A DNA stretch of 64,000 nt from Nitrospirota bacterium. Lineage in GTDB: Bacteria; Nitrospirota; UBA9217. Under the pieces are notes generated by a model, which was not told the origin of the DNA, did not search any database, and was given only the letters and a program-made list of their open reading frames with translations. The stretch covers positions 256,001 to 320,000 of the forward strand of contig CAVUCU010000005.1 of the NCBI GenBank assembly GCA_963740085.1, given 5' to 3'. Below, piece by piece: positions 30,135 through 43,833 of this stretch. A program made the position numbers and the translations under genes. The stretch's first letter is position 1. Each line of letters starts with the position of its first letter.

Positions 30135-30560
30135 TTACTTTTGTCCGTGCTTTTCCGCCACCTGTATCCGGATCATCGCCCGCAGGAGTTCGATGCGTGC
30201 CTTTTCGTAATCTTTCTGTTCGAGGTTTTCGCTCAGCGCCTTCTCTGCACGCTCTTTCACAGCCCGTTCTTCAGTAAGGTCTATATCCGCAGCCCGGTCG
30301 GCACCCTCTGCCAGAATGATGACCCGGTCCGCTCCTACCTCGGCATATCCCCAGTCAACAGCCAGACGGTGCCACTCCGTTCCTTCACGGTAAGAGAGCA
30401 TGCCGACCTTGAGCGTCGTCAGAAAGGGCGTGTGCCCCGGAAGCACGCCGAACTCGCCTTCACTGCCCGGAGCTATCACTTCATCCACGCGTTCCGAACG
30501 GACCACCTGACGGCTCGGCGCAACGATCTCAAGAAGCATTTTTCCTTTTTCAGCGACCAT
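30135..30560 (-). CDS. atpC: ATP synthase epsilon subunit (start uncertain, 30560-30623)
   Basis: GEFGVLPGHTP motif; last gene after atpD. Confidence 0.9.
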   Translation of the reverse strand: MVAEKGKMLLEIVAPSRQVVRSERVDEVIAPGSEGEFGVLPGHTPFLTTLKVGMLSYREGTEWHRLAVDWGYAEVGADRVIILAEGADRAADIDLTEERAVKERAEKALSENLEQKDYEKARIELLRAMIRIQVAEKHGQK

Positions 30561-30639
30561 CTTCTTTTTCCAATCTTCGCCACTCAGTTGTGATGGGCCT
30601 CTCGTGTTCGCCTGTTCTCCCATCGTTCATCCACGATAC

Positions 30640-32192
<1,553 letters not shown>

Positions 32193-32199
32193 AAGTCTT

Positions 32200-33066
32200 T
32201 TATTTCAGCGCTTCCGCCCCGCCGACGATCTCGGATATTTCCTTGGTGATCGCGGCCTGGCGCTGTTTATTGAACTTGAGCGTGAGCCGTTCGATCATGT
32301 CCTTGGCGTTCCGCGTGGCGGAATCCATGGCCGTCATCCTCGATCCCATCTCGCTCGCCTGGCTCTCGAGCATAGCACGGTATACCTGCACCTCAACATG
32401 CTTCTGCAGAATGGAGCCCAGGATCGCCTCTGCCGACGGCTCATAGAGATAATCGACAGCAGCCATGAACGGGTCCGGTTCGGTCGGCGGCTCCACCGGC
32501 AGAAGCTTCTCGAGGGTGACCTTCTGCTGCATCACGCTCTTGAACTCGTTGTAGAGCAGGTACACCTCATCGGTCTCGCCTGCGGCAAAACGTTCGACAA
32601 CGTTTTTGCCGACATCGGCCGCTTTTTCATAATCGATCATGCCGAGCTCCGACCATACCTTGCCCAGGGTATACACGGAACGCTTGCGGAAGAAGTCGCG
32701 GCCCTTGCGGCCCACGACATTCACCTTTACGTCTTTGCCCTCGGCCTTGAGCTGCTTGACGGCCTCGACAGCCTTGCGCAGGATATTGGTATTGTACGCA
32801 CCGCACAGACCCCGGTCCGATGTCAGTACGAGCAGCTTCACCTGCTTGGGCTCGCGCTTTGCCAGGAGCGGATGCTGTGCCCGCTCCACACGGGCCGCAA
32901 GGTTCGCGATCACGGCAAACATCTTTCGCGCATATGGCCTCGCCGAGATCACGCGGTCCTGTGCGCGGCGAAGCTTTGCAGCCGCAACCATCTTCATGGC
33001 CTTGGTGATCTGCTGGGTCTTCTTGACGCTCGTTATCTTTCTCTTGATGTCTCGTAAGCTGGGCAT
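32200..33066 (-). CDS. atpG: ATP synthase gamma subunit
   Basis: ITKAMKMVAAAK, SDRGLCG, RQAAITKEI motifs. Confidence 0.98.
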   Translation of the reverse strand: MPSLRDIKRKITSVKKTQQITKAMKMVAAAKLRRAQDRVISARPYARKMFAVIANLAARVERAQHPLLAKREPKQVKLLVLTSDRGLCGAYNTNILRKAVEAVKQLKAEGKDVKVNVVGRKGRDFFRKRSVYTLGKVWSELGMIDYEKAADVGKNVVERFAAGETDEVYLLYNEFKSVMQQKVTLEKLLPVEPPTEPDPFMAAVDYLYEPSAEAILGSILQKHVEVQVYRAMLESQASEMGSRMTAMDSATRNAKDMIERLTLKFNKQRQAAITKEISEIVGGAEALK

Positions 33067-33078
33067 TGGATCCCTTCA

Positions 33079-33168
33079 ACTGCAAAATGCAAAGGTTAAA
33101 ATGCAAAGTGCAAAATGAACGGCTTTTACTTTCGCCTTTTGAAATTTGCAATTTTCATTTTGCATTTC
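33079..33168. repeat. Heptamer-periodic inverted repeat (TGCAAAA)n/(TTTTGCA)n
   Basis: Degenerate 7-mer arms in atpA-atpG spacer. Confidence 0.75.
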
Positions 33169-33172
33169 ACGG

Positions 33173-34684
<1,512 letters not shown>

Positions 34685-34700
34685 TTACACCTCGTGAAAT

Positions 34701-34782
34701 TCAGGAGCCAGGAGCCAGAAGACAGGGGTCAGAAGATAATCGCTTACCCTTCTGGCTCCTGACTCCTGATTCCTGTCCCCTG
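34701..34782. repeat. Heptamer-periodic inverted repeat (TCAGGAG)n/(CTCCTGA)n
   Basis: Degenerate 7-mer arms in atpH-atpA spacer. Confidence 0.75.
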
Positions 34783-34787
34783 TTTTA

Positions 34788-35324
34788 TTAGTTCAGCAAC
34801 TGATTCCGCATTTTTGTGAGCTGATTCTTGATGGTCCCGTCGTAGACCGTGCTTCCGATCTGCGCCTTGGCTCCGCCGATGAGAGAGGCATCAACGTTCG
34901 CGTCGATGTCCACCTGTTTGCCGGTGAGTGCCTCGAGTTCTTTCTTGATCTCCGCCAGATCGGCCGGGCTTACAGCGGCGGCCGTGGTCAGTTGCGCCAT
35001 GGCGCGATTTGTGCGCTCGGCCAGAATCTCCTGAAACGCCTCGTAAATGTCCCTGACATATCTGATCCTGCCGGTATCCGCCAGGTGCTCCACGAACCGC
35101 TGGGTGGTCGGCTGCATACCGAGCCTGGCCGCCAGTTCCTTGATAACGGCCTTCTTGTTCTCGGGAGTGAAAACGGGGCTTGCAAAAAGCTTCTGCAGTG
35201 CGGGCAGCGCATCCACGGCGCTCGTAAATTCGGCAAGCTCGGCCTTGGTCTTGTCGACGGTATTCTTATTCTCGGCAAGCTGCACGAGGGCCTTGGCATA
35301 TCGCTTCGCAATGATCCGAATCAA
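34788..35324 (-). CDS. atpH: ATP synthase delta subunit
   Basis: IAKRYAKAL, VDASLIGG...DGTI motifs. Confidence 0.93.
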   Translation of the reverse strand: MIRIIAKRYAKALVQLAENKNTVDKTKAELAEFTSAVDALPALQKLFASPVFTPENKKAVIKELAARLGMQPTTQRFVEHLADTGRIRYVRDIYEAFQEILAERTNRAMAQLTTAAAVSPADLAEIKKELEALTGKQVDIDANVDASLIGGAKAQIGSTVYDGTIKNQLTKMRNQLLN

Positions 35325-35935
35325 GCCTGGCCTCCCACTCTGGTGATGTATTCCTTCACGATGCGTTCATGGTCCTGGCTGTTGATCTTCTGTTTGATCC
35401 TGCCTTCCGCAAGATCAAGGGCAAGGAGCGCCGCCTCGGCCACAAGCGCGGTTTTTGCCTTATGAAGCTCACTATCAATGCCCTGTTTTACCTGGGCCTG
35501 AACGTCCTCTGCGACCTTCCTGCCTTCCTCAACGAGCGCCTTCTTGTCCTTCTCGCCCCGGGCCTGGGCATCGGCGACCATCCTGCCGGTCTCCGCCTCC
35601 ATCTCCTTGATCTTTCGCTCAAGGTCCGCGAGGGCGGCCACGGCGCGTTCCCGAGCCTCGTTTGAGTCCTGCATGGCCTTAGCGATCTCGGCTGTCCGGT
35701 TCGCAAAAAAATCCCGAATCGGCTTCCTTGAGAAATAGACGACAACCGACGCAATGATCGCGAAATTGACCAGTCTGGGCAGCCAGTCGCCCATGAAGGT
35801 TATTTCTTCATGGCTACCATGGACCGCCGCTTCCTCGGCAAAAGCAAATGCCGCGAACACTAAGTTCCCCGCCAGGCAGTATGCCAACCCTGTTATTTTT
35901 TTTAGGCTTTTCATGGTTTGCTTTTTCTCTATCAC
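35321..35935 (-). CDS. atpF: ATP synthase b subunit
   Basis: VNF TM segment plus charged coiled coil; operon position. Confidence 0.88.
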   Translation of the reverse strand: MIEKKQTMKSLKKITGLAYCLAGNLVFAAFAFAEEAAVHGSHEEITFMGDWLPRLVNFAIIASVVVYFSRKPIRDFFANRTAEIAKAMQDSNEARERAVAALADLERKIKEMEAETGRMVADAQARGEKDKKALVEEGRKVAEDVQAQVKQGIDSELHKAKTALVAEAALLALDLAEGRIKQKINSQDHERIVKEYITRVGGQA

Positions 35936-35947
35936 TCCGAACTGTTT

Positions 35948-36373
35948 CTAAACCGCCCTTCCGAGCAGCTTGGTGGTGATTTCCTGCGACAAGCGCTCAG
36001 CCTCTTGCTTAAGATCGGTCCGGGCCGCCGTAGAAGCCGCCATGATCTCACCACGCGCCTTATCCAGCATTTCACCCGCTTTGGCGCGTTCTGCGGAAAT
36101 CATATCGCGCTGGGCATCGAGGCCCTGCTGGTAAATAGCGTTATACGTAAGCACGGCCTTTTGCTTGGCCTCGGCCAGGGAGGTATTATACTTCTCCAGG
36201 ATGTTCTCCATGCGCTCCTGCGCGGCCTTTGCATCTTCCAGGGCGGAACTGATGCCCTGCTCGCGATCCAGCATGACCTTCCTGATGGGCTTGAAGAGGA
36301 TGAAATTAAGCACAATAAGCAGCACAATGAAGTTGACGAGCTGCCAAAGGAGTGTGATATCAATATCTATCAT
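35948..36373 (-). CDS. ATP synthase b' subunit
   Basis: QLVNFIVLLIVLNFILFKPI plus coiled coil; first gene of operon. Confidence 0.88.
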   Translation of the reverse strand: MIDIDITLLWQLVNFIVLLIVLNFILFKPIRKVMLDREQGISSALEDAKAAQERMENILEKYNTSLAEAKQKAVLTYNAIYQQGLDAQRDMISAERAKAGEMLDKARGEIMAASTAARTDLKQEAERLSQEITTKLLGRAV

Positions 36374-36434
36374 AAGTGCGGGAGCCTCTTTTGTTCAGAA
36401 GAGAAAAGGAGAATTCACTTCCTGAAGTTTAAAA

Positions 36435-36463
36435 AAATTATCACAACGTCCGGCTATTGTCAA
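36435..36463 (-). promoter_or_regulatory. sigma70 promoter of atp operon
   Basis: TTGACA-17-TAATTT with TGn extension. Confidence 0.6.
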
Positions 36464-36684
36464 GAATTTTGCCTATTAATAATATAAATGAGTGCCGGGT
36501 TTTTGATTATAGAATAACGGGGAGGGAAAATGGGGGCGGGATGAGAGGCAATTGTCGGGTACCCCGCCTGCACCTTTCGAGGACCGCACCGATCATCCTG
36601 TGAAAATATGTTTCACGGCAGGATCTCACAAAGCGCTTTACTCGATACAGGCGCGGTGGTACAATAACAGTTCTCGCATCGCTT

Positions 36685-39483
36685 ATGGACAAGATCATTA
36701 TAAAAGGCTGCCGCCAGCATAATCTGAAGAACATCGACGTCGAGATCCCTCGTGACAAACTTGTGGTTATCACGGGCCTGTCGGGCTCTGGAAAATCGTC
36801 ACTCGCCTTCGACACCATCTATGCCGAGGGGCAGCGCCGTTACGTCGAGAGCCTCTCGGCCTACGCGCGCCAGTTCCTGGGCCAGATGGACAAGCCCGAT
36901 GTGGATTCCATCGACGGACTCTCTCCCGCCATCGCCATTGAACAGAAGACCACGAGCAAGAACCCCCGCTCCACGGTCGGTACCGTAACCGAGGTCTATG
37001 ACTATCTTCGCCTGCTCTTCGCGCGAATCGGCAAACCCTATTGCTATAAATGCGGCAGGGAGATCGCGGCCCAGACCGTGCAGCAGATCACCGATGCGGT
37101 CATGGCACTGTCTGAGGGCACGCGCATTCAGGTCCTGGCTCCGATCGTTCGCGGGCGCAAGGGAGAGTACCGGAAAGAGCTCATGGCCGCAGGAGCCTCG
37201 GGCTATGTGCGCGCACGGGTTGACGGTTCGATCAAAGAACTCGCCGAGCCCGTCCCGATGGACAAAAAAAAGAAACACGACATTGAGATCGTGATCGACC
37301 GTCTTGTAGTGAAACCCGGCATCGAACGCAGGCTCGCGGAAAGCGTCGAGACCGCCCTCCGCCAGGCCGAAGGCCTCGTGCTCATTAATCTGGTGGACCA
37401 GAAAAAGGACCAGCTCTACAGCGAAAAGCTCGCCTGCATCTTCGACAACATCAGTTATCCCGAGATCGCCCCCAACACCTTTTCCTTCAACAGCCCCCAG
37501 GGAGCCTGCCCCACCTGCGACGGCCTCGGCGGACTTCTGGAGTTCGACCCGGGGCTCATTATCCCGAATCCCAACCTTTCGCTCAGGGAAGGAGCCGTCA
37601 AGCCCTGGGCGAAGCGCACGTCGGTCTACCATTATGAAATGCTCCACAACCTTGCGGAAGCCTGCGGCTTCGATGTCAACACGCCGTTCAAGAACCTGAA
37701 GCCGTCGCAGCAGAAGATGCTGCTGTATGGCTACAGCGAGAGCGAGGCAAAGGCCCTGGCGACACGCAAGGGCGCGGTGTGCAAACCCTTCGAAGGCATT
37801 ATCGAAAGCCTGAAACGGCGGTATGATGAGACCGATTCCTACGCCATCCAGTGGGAAATGGAACAGTACATGAACTACCAGACCTGCCCGGACTGCGGCG
37901 GCAGCAGGCTGCGCAAGGAATCGCTGGCGATAAAGGTCGCCGGCTTGAACATCCACGACATCACGCGCATGAGCATCAAACAGGCGCTGGTGTTCTTCAA
38001 TGATCTTACGCTTACGGACAAGGAGACGGCCATTGCCCAGCGGATCTTGAAGGAGATCCGTGAACGCCTCGGGTTCATGATCCACGTAGGTCTGGATTAT
38101 CTCTCGCTGAGCCGGGGAGCGGCCACATTGTCGGGCGGTGAGGGCCAGCGCATCCGTCTTGCCACGCAGATCGGCTCGTCCCTCGTGGGTGTGCTTTATA
38201 TTCTGGATGAACCGAGCATTGGTCTGCACCAGCGGGATAACCGCAGACTTCTCGATACCCTGTTCCGGCTTCGCGACCTCGGCAATACCGTGCTCGTCGT
38301 GGAACACGACGAAGAGACCATCGGCGCGGCGGACCACGTGATCGACATGGGTCCGGGCGCCGGGGTGCACGGCGGCGAGATCGTGGCCCAGGGAACACCG
38401 CAAGAGATCCAGACGGTCGGGGCTTCGCTCACCGGCCAGTACCTCTCCGGCAAGGTCTTTATCAAGGTACCGTCCATCCGCAGAAAATCCACGAAAGCGA
38501 TCAGCGTTATCAACGCAGAGGAGAACAACCTCCAGGGCATAACCGTCCAGTTCCCCCTTGGCGTGTTCACCTGCGTGACCGGCGTTTCAGGCTCGGGCAA
38601 GAGTACGCTGGTAGTGGACATCCTGTACCGCGCCCTTGCCCAGCGCCTTTACCGGTCCACGGAGCGGGCGGGAAAGCACAAGGACATCAAGGGCCTCGAA
38701 CATGTCGACAAGGTGATCGACATCGACCAGTCGCCCATCGGCAGAACGCCGCGCTCGAACCCCGCCACCTACACCGGGGTGTTCGGCCCGGTCCGCGACC
38801 TCTTCACCCAGCTCCCGGAATCGCGCATGCGAGGGTACAAGGCCGGCCGCTACAGCTTCAACGTGAAGGGCGGCAGGTGCGAGGCCTGCGAGGGCGACGG
38901 TCTGATCAAGATCGAGATGCACTTCCTGCCCGACGTCTATGTGACCTGCGACGTGTGCCACGGCAGCCGTTACAATCGTGAAACGCTGGACATCCGGTAC
39001 AAGGGCAAGAACGTCGCCGAGGTGCTCGGCATGACCGTGGAGCAGGCCTACGATTTCTTCCAGAACGTGACGCCCGTCCGGTCCAAGCTCCAGGCCCTGC
39101 TGGATGTGGGCCTCGGCTATATCACCCTGGGACAATCGGCCACAACGCTCTCGGGCGGTGAATCACAGCGCGTCAAGCTCTCGAAGGAGCTCTCCCGCCG
39201 CGCAACGGGAAGGACACTGTACATCCTGGACGAACCGACGACCGGCCTGCACTTCGCTGACACGCAAAAGCTGCTCGATATGCTGAACCAGCTCGTGGAC
39301 GCGGGCAACACCGTGGTCGTGATCGAACACAACCTCGACGTGATCAAGACCGCGGACTGGATCATCGACCTCGGCCCCGAGGGCGGCGACCGGGGCGGCC
39401 GGATCGTGGCCCAGGGAACTCCCGAGGACGTGGTAGCGGTGCAGGAATCGTATACCGGTCAGTTTTTGAAAAGAATATTGTAA
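36685..39483 (+). CDS. uvrA: Excinuclease ABC subunit A
   Basis: Two ABC ATPase domains ([21 protein letters not shown]) and Zn fingers. Confidence 0.98.
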   Translation: MDKIIIKGCRQHNLKNIDVEIPRDKLVVITGLSGSGKSSLAFDTIYAEGQRRYVESLSAYARQFLGQMDKPDVDSIDGLSPAIAIEQKTTSKNPRSTVGTVTEVYDYLRLLFARIGKPYCYKCGREIAAQTVQQITDAVMALSEGTRIQVLAPIVRGRKGEYRKELMAAGASGYVRARVDGSIKELAEPVPMDKKKKHDIEIVIDRLVVKPGIERRLAESVETALRQAEGLVLINLVDQKKDQLYSEKLACIFDNISYPEIAPNTFSFNSPQGACPTCDGLGGLLEFDPGLIIPNPNLSLREGAVKPWAKRTSVYHYEMLHNLAEACGFDVNTPFKNLKPSQQKMLLYGYSESEAKALATRKGAVCKPFEGIIESLKRRYDETDSYAIQWEMEQYMNYQTCPDCGGSRLRKESLAIKVAGLNIHDITRMSIKQALVFFNDLTLTDKETAIAQRILKEIRERLGFMIHVGLDYLSLSRGAATLSGGEGQRIRLATQIGSSLVGVLYILDEPSIGLHQRDNRRLLDTLFRLRDLGNTVLVVEHDEETIGAADHVIDMGPGAGVHGGEIVAQGTPQEIQTVGASLTGQYLSGKVFIKVPSIRRKSTKAISVINAEENNLQGITVQFPLGVFTCVTGVSGSGKSTLVVDILYRALAQRLYRSTERAGKHKDIKGLEHVDKVIDIDQSPIGRTPRSNPATYTGVFGPVRDLFTQLPESRMRGYKAGRYSFNVKGGRCEACEGDGLIKIEMHFLPDVYVTCDVCHGSRYNRETLDIRYKGKNVAEVLGMTVEQAYDFFQNVTPVRSKLQALLDVGLGYITLGQSATTLSGGESQRVKLSKELSRRATGRTLYILDEPTTGLHFADTQKLLDMLNQLVDAGNTVVVIEHNLDVIKTADWIIDLGPEGGDRGGRIVAQGTPEDVVAVQESYTGQFLKRIL

Positions 39484-39570
39484 ATTGCAGATTGCAAAGT
39501 GCAAAATGCATATTGTATAATCAAACAGAACCCACTTTGCATTTTTCATTTTGCATTTTGACTTTTGAAT
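39484..39570. repeat. Heptamer-periodic inverted repeat (TGCAAAA)n/(TTTTGCA)n
   Basis: Arms start right after the uvrA stop and end before the next RBS. Confidence 0.75.
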
Positions 39571-39586
39571 GTCTCCCGGAGGTCTT

Positions 39587-40060
39587 ATGATACGATCATT
39601 CATCCTTCTCGCCCTTGCGACGCTTCTCTGCACCACCTCCGCCTGCAGCGCAAAAAAACCACCCGAGCAGACGGCCATCAAAAGCAAGAACATCCTTACC
39701 GCGCTCAGGGACATCGACAAGGCATATGAGAAAAAAGACCTCTCCTCATTCATGGACAATGTGGCCCCCGGGTTTCAAGACCGGGATGCTCTTTCCAAAT
39801 CCCTTGCAGATGTTTTCCTGAAGAACGAAACCATCCGCTTCAACATCCAGTACACCAAGATGCTCATCGTGGTCGGGGAAAAGGGTCCGATCAAGGTAAC
39901 GTTCAACTGGGACGGGGAGTGGCTTGCCGTTGGAGGGACGACCCAGAAAAACGGCGGACGGGTAACGCTGATCTTTGATCCCGGAAGTTTCAAGATCGCG
40001 TCCATCGACGGGAAGAACCCCTTTGTGCCGCTGCCGGTGGTAATGCCGGGGAAACCGTAA
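39587..40060 (+). CDS. Hypothetical lipoprotein (possible NTF2-like fold)
   Basis: TSA-C lipobox; GGAGG RBS. Confidence 0.7.
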   Translation: MIRSFILLALATLLCTTSACSAKKPPEQTAIKSKNILTALRDIDKAYEKKDLSSFMDNVAPGFQDRDALSKSLADVFLKNETIRFNIQYTKMLIVVGEKGPIKVTFNWDGEWLAVGGTTQKNGGRVTLIFDPGSFKIASIDGKNPFVPLPVVMPGKP

Positions 40061-40076
40061 TAGTTCGGAGCTCACC

Positions 40077-41654
40077 ATGCCCTTCACTGAAGAACACATA
40101 GAAACCGATTTCCTCATCATCGGCGGGGGTGTGGCCGGTCTCCGGGCAGCCATCGAACTGGCGCCGAACGGAGAGGTCCTTGTGGTGACCAAGGACGCGC
40201 CTACCGAGAGCAGCAGTGAATACGCCCAGGGCGGCGTCGCCGTGGCGCTCTCGGACGAGGATGAGATCTCGATCCACTTCGATGACACCATTCGGGCCGG
40301 CGACGGGCTCTGCCTTCGCAATGCCGTTCGCACGCTCGTTGAAGAGGGGCCCACGCGGATACGGGAGCTCATCCTCTGGGGCGCGGAATTCGACAAAGAA
40401 GGCACGAAGCTCGCGTTCACGCAGGAAGCTGCCCACACCAAGCGCCGCATCCTCCATGCACACGGTGACTCGACCGGCAAAGAGATCATGCGCGTACTGA
40501 TCGACAAGGTCCGCGCCACCAGCACGGTGTCAAAGATCGACTTCGCCTTCACCCGGGACCTGATCATAGAGAACGATCGCTGCGTCGGGGCCGTGGTCTG
40601 CCAGCAGGCACTGCACAAGGTCCTCATCATCTCCGCACGCGCGGTCCTGCTCGCTACGGGCGGGGCGGGCCAGCTGTTTGCGCGCACCACGAACCCTGCC
40701 GTGGCCACCGGCGACGGCATGGCCATGGCCTATCGGGCAGGCGCCAGTCTCATGGATATGGAGTTCGTTCAATTTCACCCCACCGCGCTCTTTCTCAAGG
40801 GAGCGCCCCAGTTCCTGCTTTCCGAGGCCATGCGCGGCGAAGGCGGCATGCTGAAGAACAGCCGGGGCCTGCGCTTTATGGACCGCTACAATTCAGCGCG
40901 CGAGCTTGCACCGCGCGATGTGGTCACCCGCGCCATTCAGTCCGAAATGGCTGCCACGGGGGCCGACAATGTATTTCTTGACATGACACATTTGAATGCC
41001 GCTTACGTGATCAGGCGTTTTCCCCGTATTTACCAGACCTGCAAAAAACTCGGCATCGACATAACGACGACGCCTGTCCCGGTATCGCCTGCGGCCCATT
41101 ATATCATGGGCGGGGTGAAGACCGACCTCTTTGGCGCCACGTCAATTCCTGGACTTTTTGCCGCCGGCGAAGCCGCTTGTACCGGTGTTCACGGCGCAAA
41201 CCGGCTCGCGAGCAATTCCCTGCTGGAAGGACTGGTCTACGGACATCGGGCGGGCCTTGGAGCGGCGCGGTACGCGCGAAAGCACGTCAACAGAGGCACC
41301 GGCAGGAAGCATGATGTGGTTCATGCGATACATAAGGTGCGCCCTTGTTCAGCTGCGCTACCGGATATCTCGGACATCCGCTCTTCTCTCAAGAAACTCA
41401 TGTGGGAGAAGGTGGGCATTGTACGCGTGAAAAAGGACCTGACCGCCGCGCTCAAGCAGCTCAAGGAATGGGACCGGACCATGAAGGAACATGCCCCCGA
41501 GAGGAACATATTCGAGATCAAGAACATGATCACGACCGCCCTGCTCATCACCCGCTCCGCGCTGCAACGGGAAGGCAGCGTGGGCGCGCACTTTCGAAGT
41601 GATTTTCCTACAAAGGGGAGAAGCTGGAGGAAGAGGACGGTATTAAAGAGGTAA
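40077..41654 (+). CDS. nadB: L-aspartate oxidase
   Basis: GGGVAG, AQGGVA, QFHPT, SEAMRGEG, ELAPRD, HGANRLASNSLLE motifs. Confidence 0.93.
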   Translation: MPFTEEHIETDFLIIGGGVAGLRAAIELAPNGEVLVVTKDAPTESSSEYAQGGVAVALSDEDEISIHFDDTIRAGDGLCLRNAVRTLVEEGPTRIRELILWGAEFDKEGTKLAFTQEAAHTKRRILHAHGDSTGKEIMRVLIDKVRATSTVSKIDFAFTRDLIIENDRCVGAVVCQQALHKVLIISARAVLLATGGAGQLFARTTNPAVATGDGMAMAYRAGASLMDMEFVQFHPTALFLKGAPQFLLSEAMRGEGGMLKNSRGLRFMDRYNSARELAPRDVVTRAIQSEMAATGADNVFLDMTHLNAAYVIRRFPRIYQTCKKLGIDITTTPVPVSPAAHYIMGGVKTDLFGATSIPGLFAAGEAACTGVHGANRLASNSLLEGLVYGHRAGLGAARYARKHVNRGTGRKHDVVHAIHKVRPCSAALPDISDIRSSLKKLMWEKVGIVRVKKDLTAALKQLKEWDRTMKEHAPERNIFEIKNMITTALLITRSALQREGSVGAHFRSDFPTKGRSWRKRTVLKR

Positions 41655-41666
41655 CTTGGCCACAAG

Positions 41667-41790
41667 TCACCTGCCATGGATCCGAATCGTCCTCCGAAAA
41701 AGATTGAATGTCTGGCCTGGCAGGAAGTCGCGTGACCCCGTCAGGGAATAACCTGCCCACTCCATCTCCCTCACGTACGCCCGATCCTCC
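41667..41790 (-). pseudogene. Possible remnant of a methyltransferase C-terminus
   Basis: VREMEWAGYSLTGSRDFLPGQTFNLF recalls class I SAM-methyltransferase tails; no N-terminal part. Confidence 0.3.
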
Positions 41791-42020
41791 TTCTTTGCTT
41801 TTCCTTCAAACCAGGTAACTCGTTCACCAACTAGCCGACGTCCCACCATAGCTGACAATCGGCAAAGCTACGTCAACAACAGCGTACCGTCCGTTATTCA
41901 CTTATAATCCGGAGGAACCGGTAAGGTAAAACACACTATTCGGGCGTTGGAGAAGGAGAAAGTGATAAAGCGGCAGTCGTTGTTCAGTGGACTAAGGCCT
42001 CACCGCCCTGGTTCTGGCGG

Positions 42021-42584
42021 TCAGTAGGGATAGCCGTAGGGCCATCCCCACGGGTCATACGGGAAAGGCGAACGATAGATGAAGGGATCGTAATAAGGGT
42101 AATAATAGGGATAATAATAGTTGGGCCTGTAGTATTCCTTTTGCTCGTCCCAGAGATAGATCTCCCTGATCTCGAACACCGGATACACGTACTCCATCTC
42201 ATCGATCTTGCCCTTGCGAACATCGACAAATTCTCCCGCCATCGTGATCTCCCGTCCCCTCTTATACACCATCGGGTCGAGAAGTCCTTTTGACTTCGGA
42301 TAGAAAGCAAGGAACCTGCCCTGCGTACGCTCTGATCCCCGAAGGTAGCCGAGCGAATCAACGGGCACTCTAAGCGCCTCGATCTGTGAACCCTTTTCTG
42401 AGAAACGTGTCTCCGCGATCAAGCCACCCAGGATGAAAAGCTTGCCCTTATATACATCGGGATCTTCCCTGAGCTGGTTAAAGGAGATATCGCGCGCGCC
42501 CTCCTTCATGACCTCGCGGGTCAGCACAGGTGAGCAGGCTGAAAGAACAAGCGCAACGGCACCTATCAAGAATATCCTTTTCAT
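42021..42584 (-). CDS. Slp-family outer-membrane lipoprotein
   Basis: LSA-C lipobox; LGG, GRF, LDP..Y..GR motifs; Tyr/Pro-rich tail. Confidence 0.85.
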   Translation of the reverse strand: MKRIFLIGAVALVLSACSPVLTREVMKEGARDISFNQLREDPDVYKGKLFILGGLIAETRFSEKGSQIEALRVPVDSLGYLRGSERTQGRFLAFYPKSKGLLDPMVYKRGREITMAGEFVDVRKGKIDEMEYVYPVFEIREIYLWDEQKEYYRPNYYYPYYYPYYDPFIYRSPFPYDPWGWPYGYPY

Positions 42585-42696
42585 GTTTTAATTATGCCAC
42601 TCAAAGTGAAAATGTCAAGCCTCGTCGCGCATTATCAAATTGCATACCTTCACTTATCCATGCTATACTAATCTTAGCGACTGCTACGGAGGTTGT

Positions 42697-42960
42697 ATGC
42701 CACCGAAGAAAACAAAGATAACCCTTTACACTCTCAGCACTTGTTCGCACTGCCTGCGCACCAAGCGCTTCTTCAAGGAACAGGGGATCGAGACGGAGAT
42801 CATTGATGTGGACCTCCTGACCGGAGCGGAGCGTGAGCGCGTCATGACCGAAGTCCGGAAGCTTAACCCCGACTGCAGTTTTCCGACCATCTGCATCGAC
42901 GAAGATGTGATCGTCGGTTTCAACGAAGAAAAATTGCGCAAGATATTGAGCCTGAAATGA
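42697..42960 (+). CDS. Glutaredoxin/NrdH-like redoxin
   Basis: CSHC, SFPTI, IVGF motifs; GGAGG RBS. Confidence 0.88.
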   Translation: MPPKKTKITLYTLSTCSHCLRTKRFFKEQGIETEIIDVDLLTGAERERVMTEVRKLNPDCSFPTICIDEDVIVGFNEEKLRKILSLK

Positions 42961-43289
42961 CCCCGGACAAACTTTACGATATCCTGTCTAAATATGCCGA
43001 GTCGCAGGGCATCCGTCTGAACAAGGATAAGCCTTTCGTTTTAGATATCCTGCAGGGCCTGCTCACGAACGAGGCCCGTTACGGCTACCGTTCTTGTCCC
43101 TGCCGGCTTGCCTGGGCTGTGAAGGAAAAGGACGCGGACATCGTTTGTCCCTGCGTATACCGGGATCCGGACGTCAAGGAATTTGGAAGCTGCTTTTGTG
43201 GACTCTATGTTTCGATAGACTGGAACGAAGAAAAGATCGAACATCGTCAGGTGCCGGAGAGAAGACCGAAAGAGAAAAGAGCTGCATAA
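42957..43289 (+). CDS. Ferredoxin:thioredoxin reductase catalytic subunit-like protein
   Basis: CPC...CPC...CFC motifs; ATGA overlap with glutaredoxin. Confidence 0.88.
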   Translation: MTPDKLYDILSKYAESQGIRLNKDKPFVLDILQGLLTNEARYGYRSCPCRLAWAVKEKDADIVCPCVYRDPDVKEFGSCFCGLYVSIDWNEEKIEHRQVPERRPKEKRAA

Positions 43290-43440
43290 AATCATTTCAC
43301 CGCAGAGGTCGCAAAGAACATCAGATACATTACAAGCAAATAAATCTTTTGCAGGGATTACAGGCTAATCTGATGGAGAAATCGTTCAGCTTGTCCATCC
43401 TGTTATCGTGTCAATAAATTATCGAAAGGTTGTCAGGAGA

Positions 43441-43833
43441 ATGAAGAAAAAAGAAAAGAGCAAAAAGAAACAGGACATGCCCGAGTTCCTTTTCAAGGAA
43501 TTCACTCCTGAAGAGGACAAGCTTTACGTGGAAGCGGTGAGCAAGTACCGCGAGGCCATCGAGGCGGGAAAGACCCTTCGCCAGGCATATGAAAGCTATT
43601 CGATATCCGACAAAGGTCTGGAGTCGCTGATCCACGCGGATTTTCTGAAGATCATGATCGCCGAGCGCCATTTTGAGCAGCGCCAGAGCCTTGAAGAGGT
43701 GGCCAGGGCCCTCGACGTATCTCCCGATCTTGTCAAGGACACCCACAAGCGAATGCTCCAGGAAGTCGGGGTAACGGCAGCCAACCAGTTCGGTCGTGAG
43801 TATGGTGATAGCATTCCGAAGACGAGCGATTAA
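43441..43833 (+). CDS. Hypothetical protein (possible C-terminal HTH)
   Basis: AGGAG RBS; SLEEVARALDVS HTH-like segment. Confidence 0.65.
   Translation: MKKKEKSKKKQDMPEFLFKEFTPEEDKLYVEAVSKYREAIEAGKTLRQAYESYSISDKGLESLIHADFLKIMIAERHFEQRQSLEEVARALDVSPDLVKDTHKRMLQEVGVTAANQFGREYGDSIPKTSD

Noticed and set aside
36799-38403. 534-aa ORF antisense to uvrA, and similar long antisense ORFs (52791..54398, 56659..58059, 59034..60146)
   Set aside because: Shadow frames of GC-rich conserved genes; no motifs or RBS.
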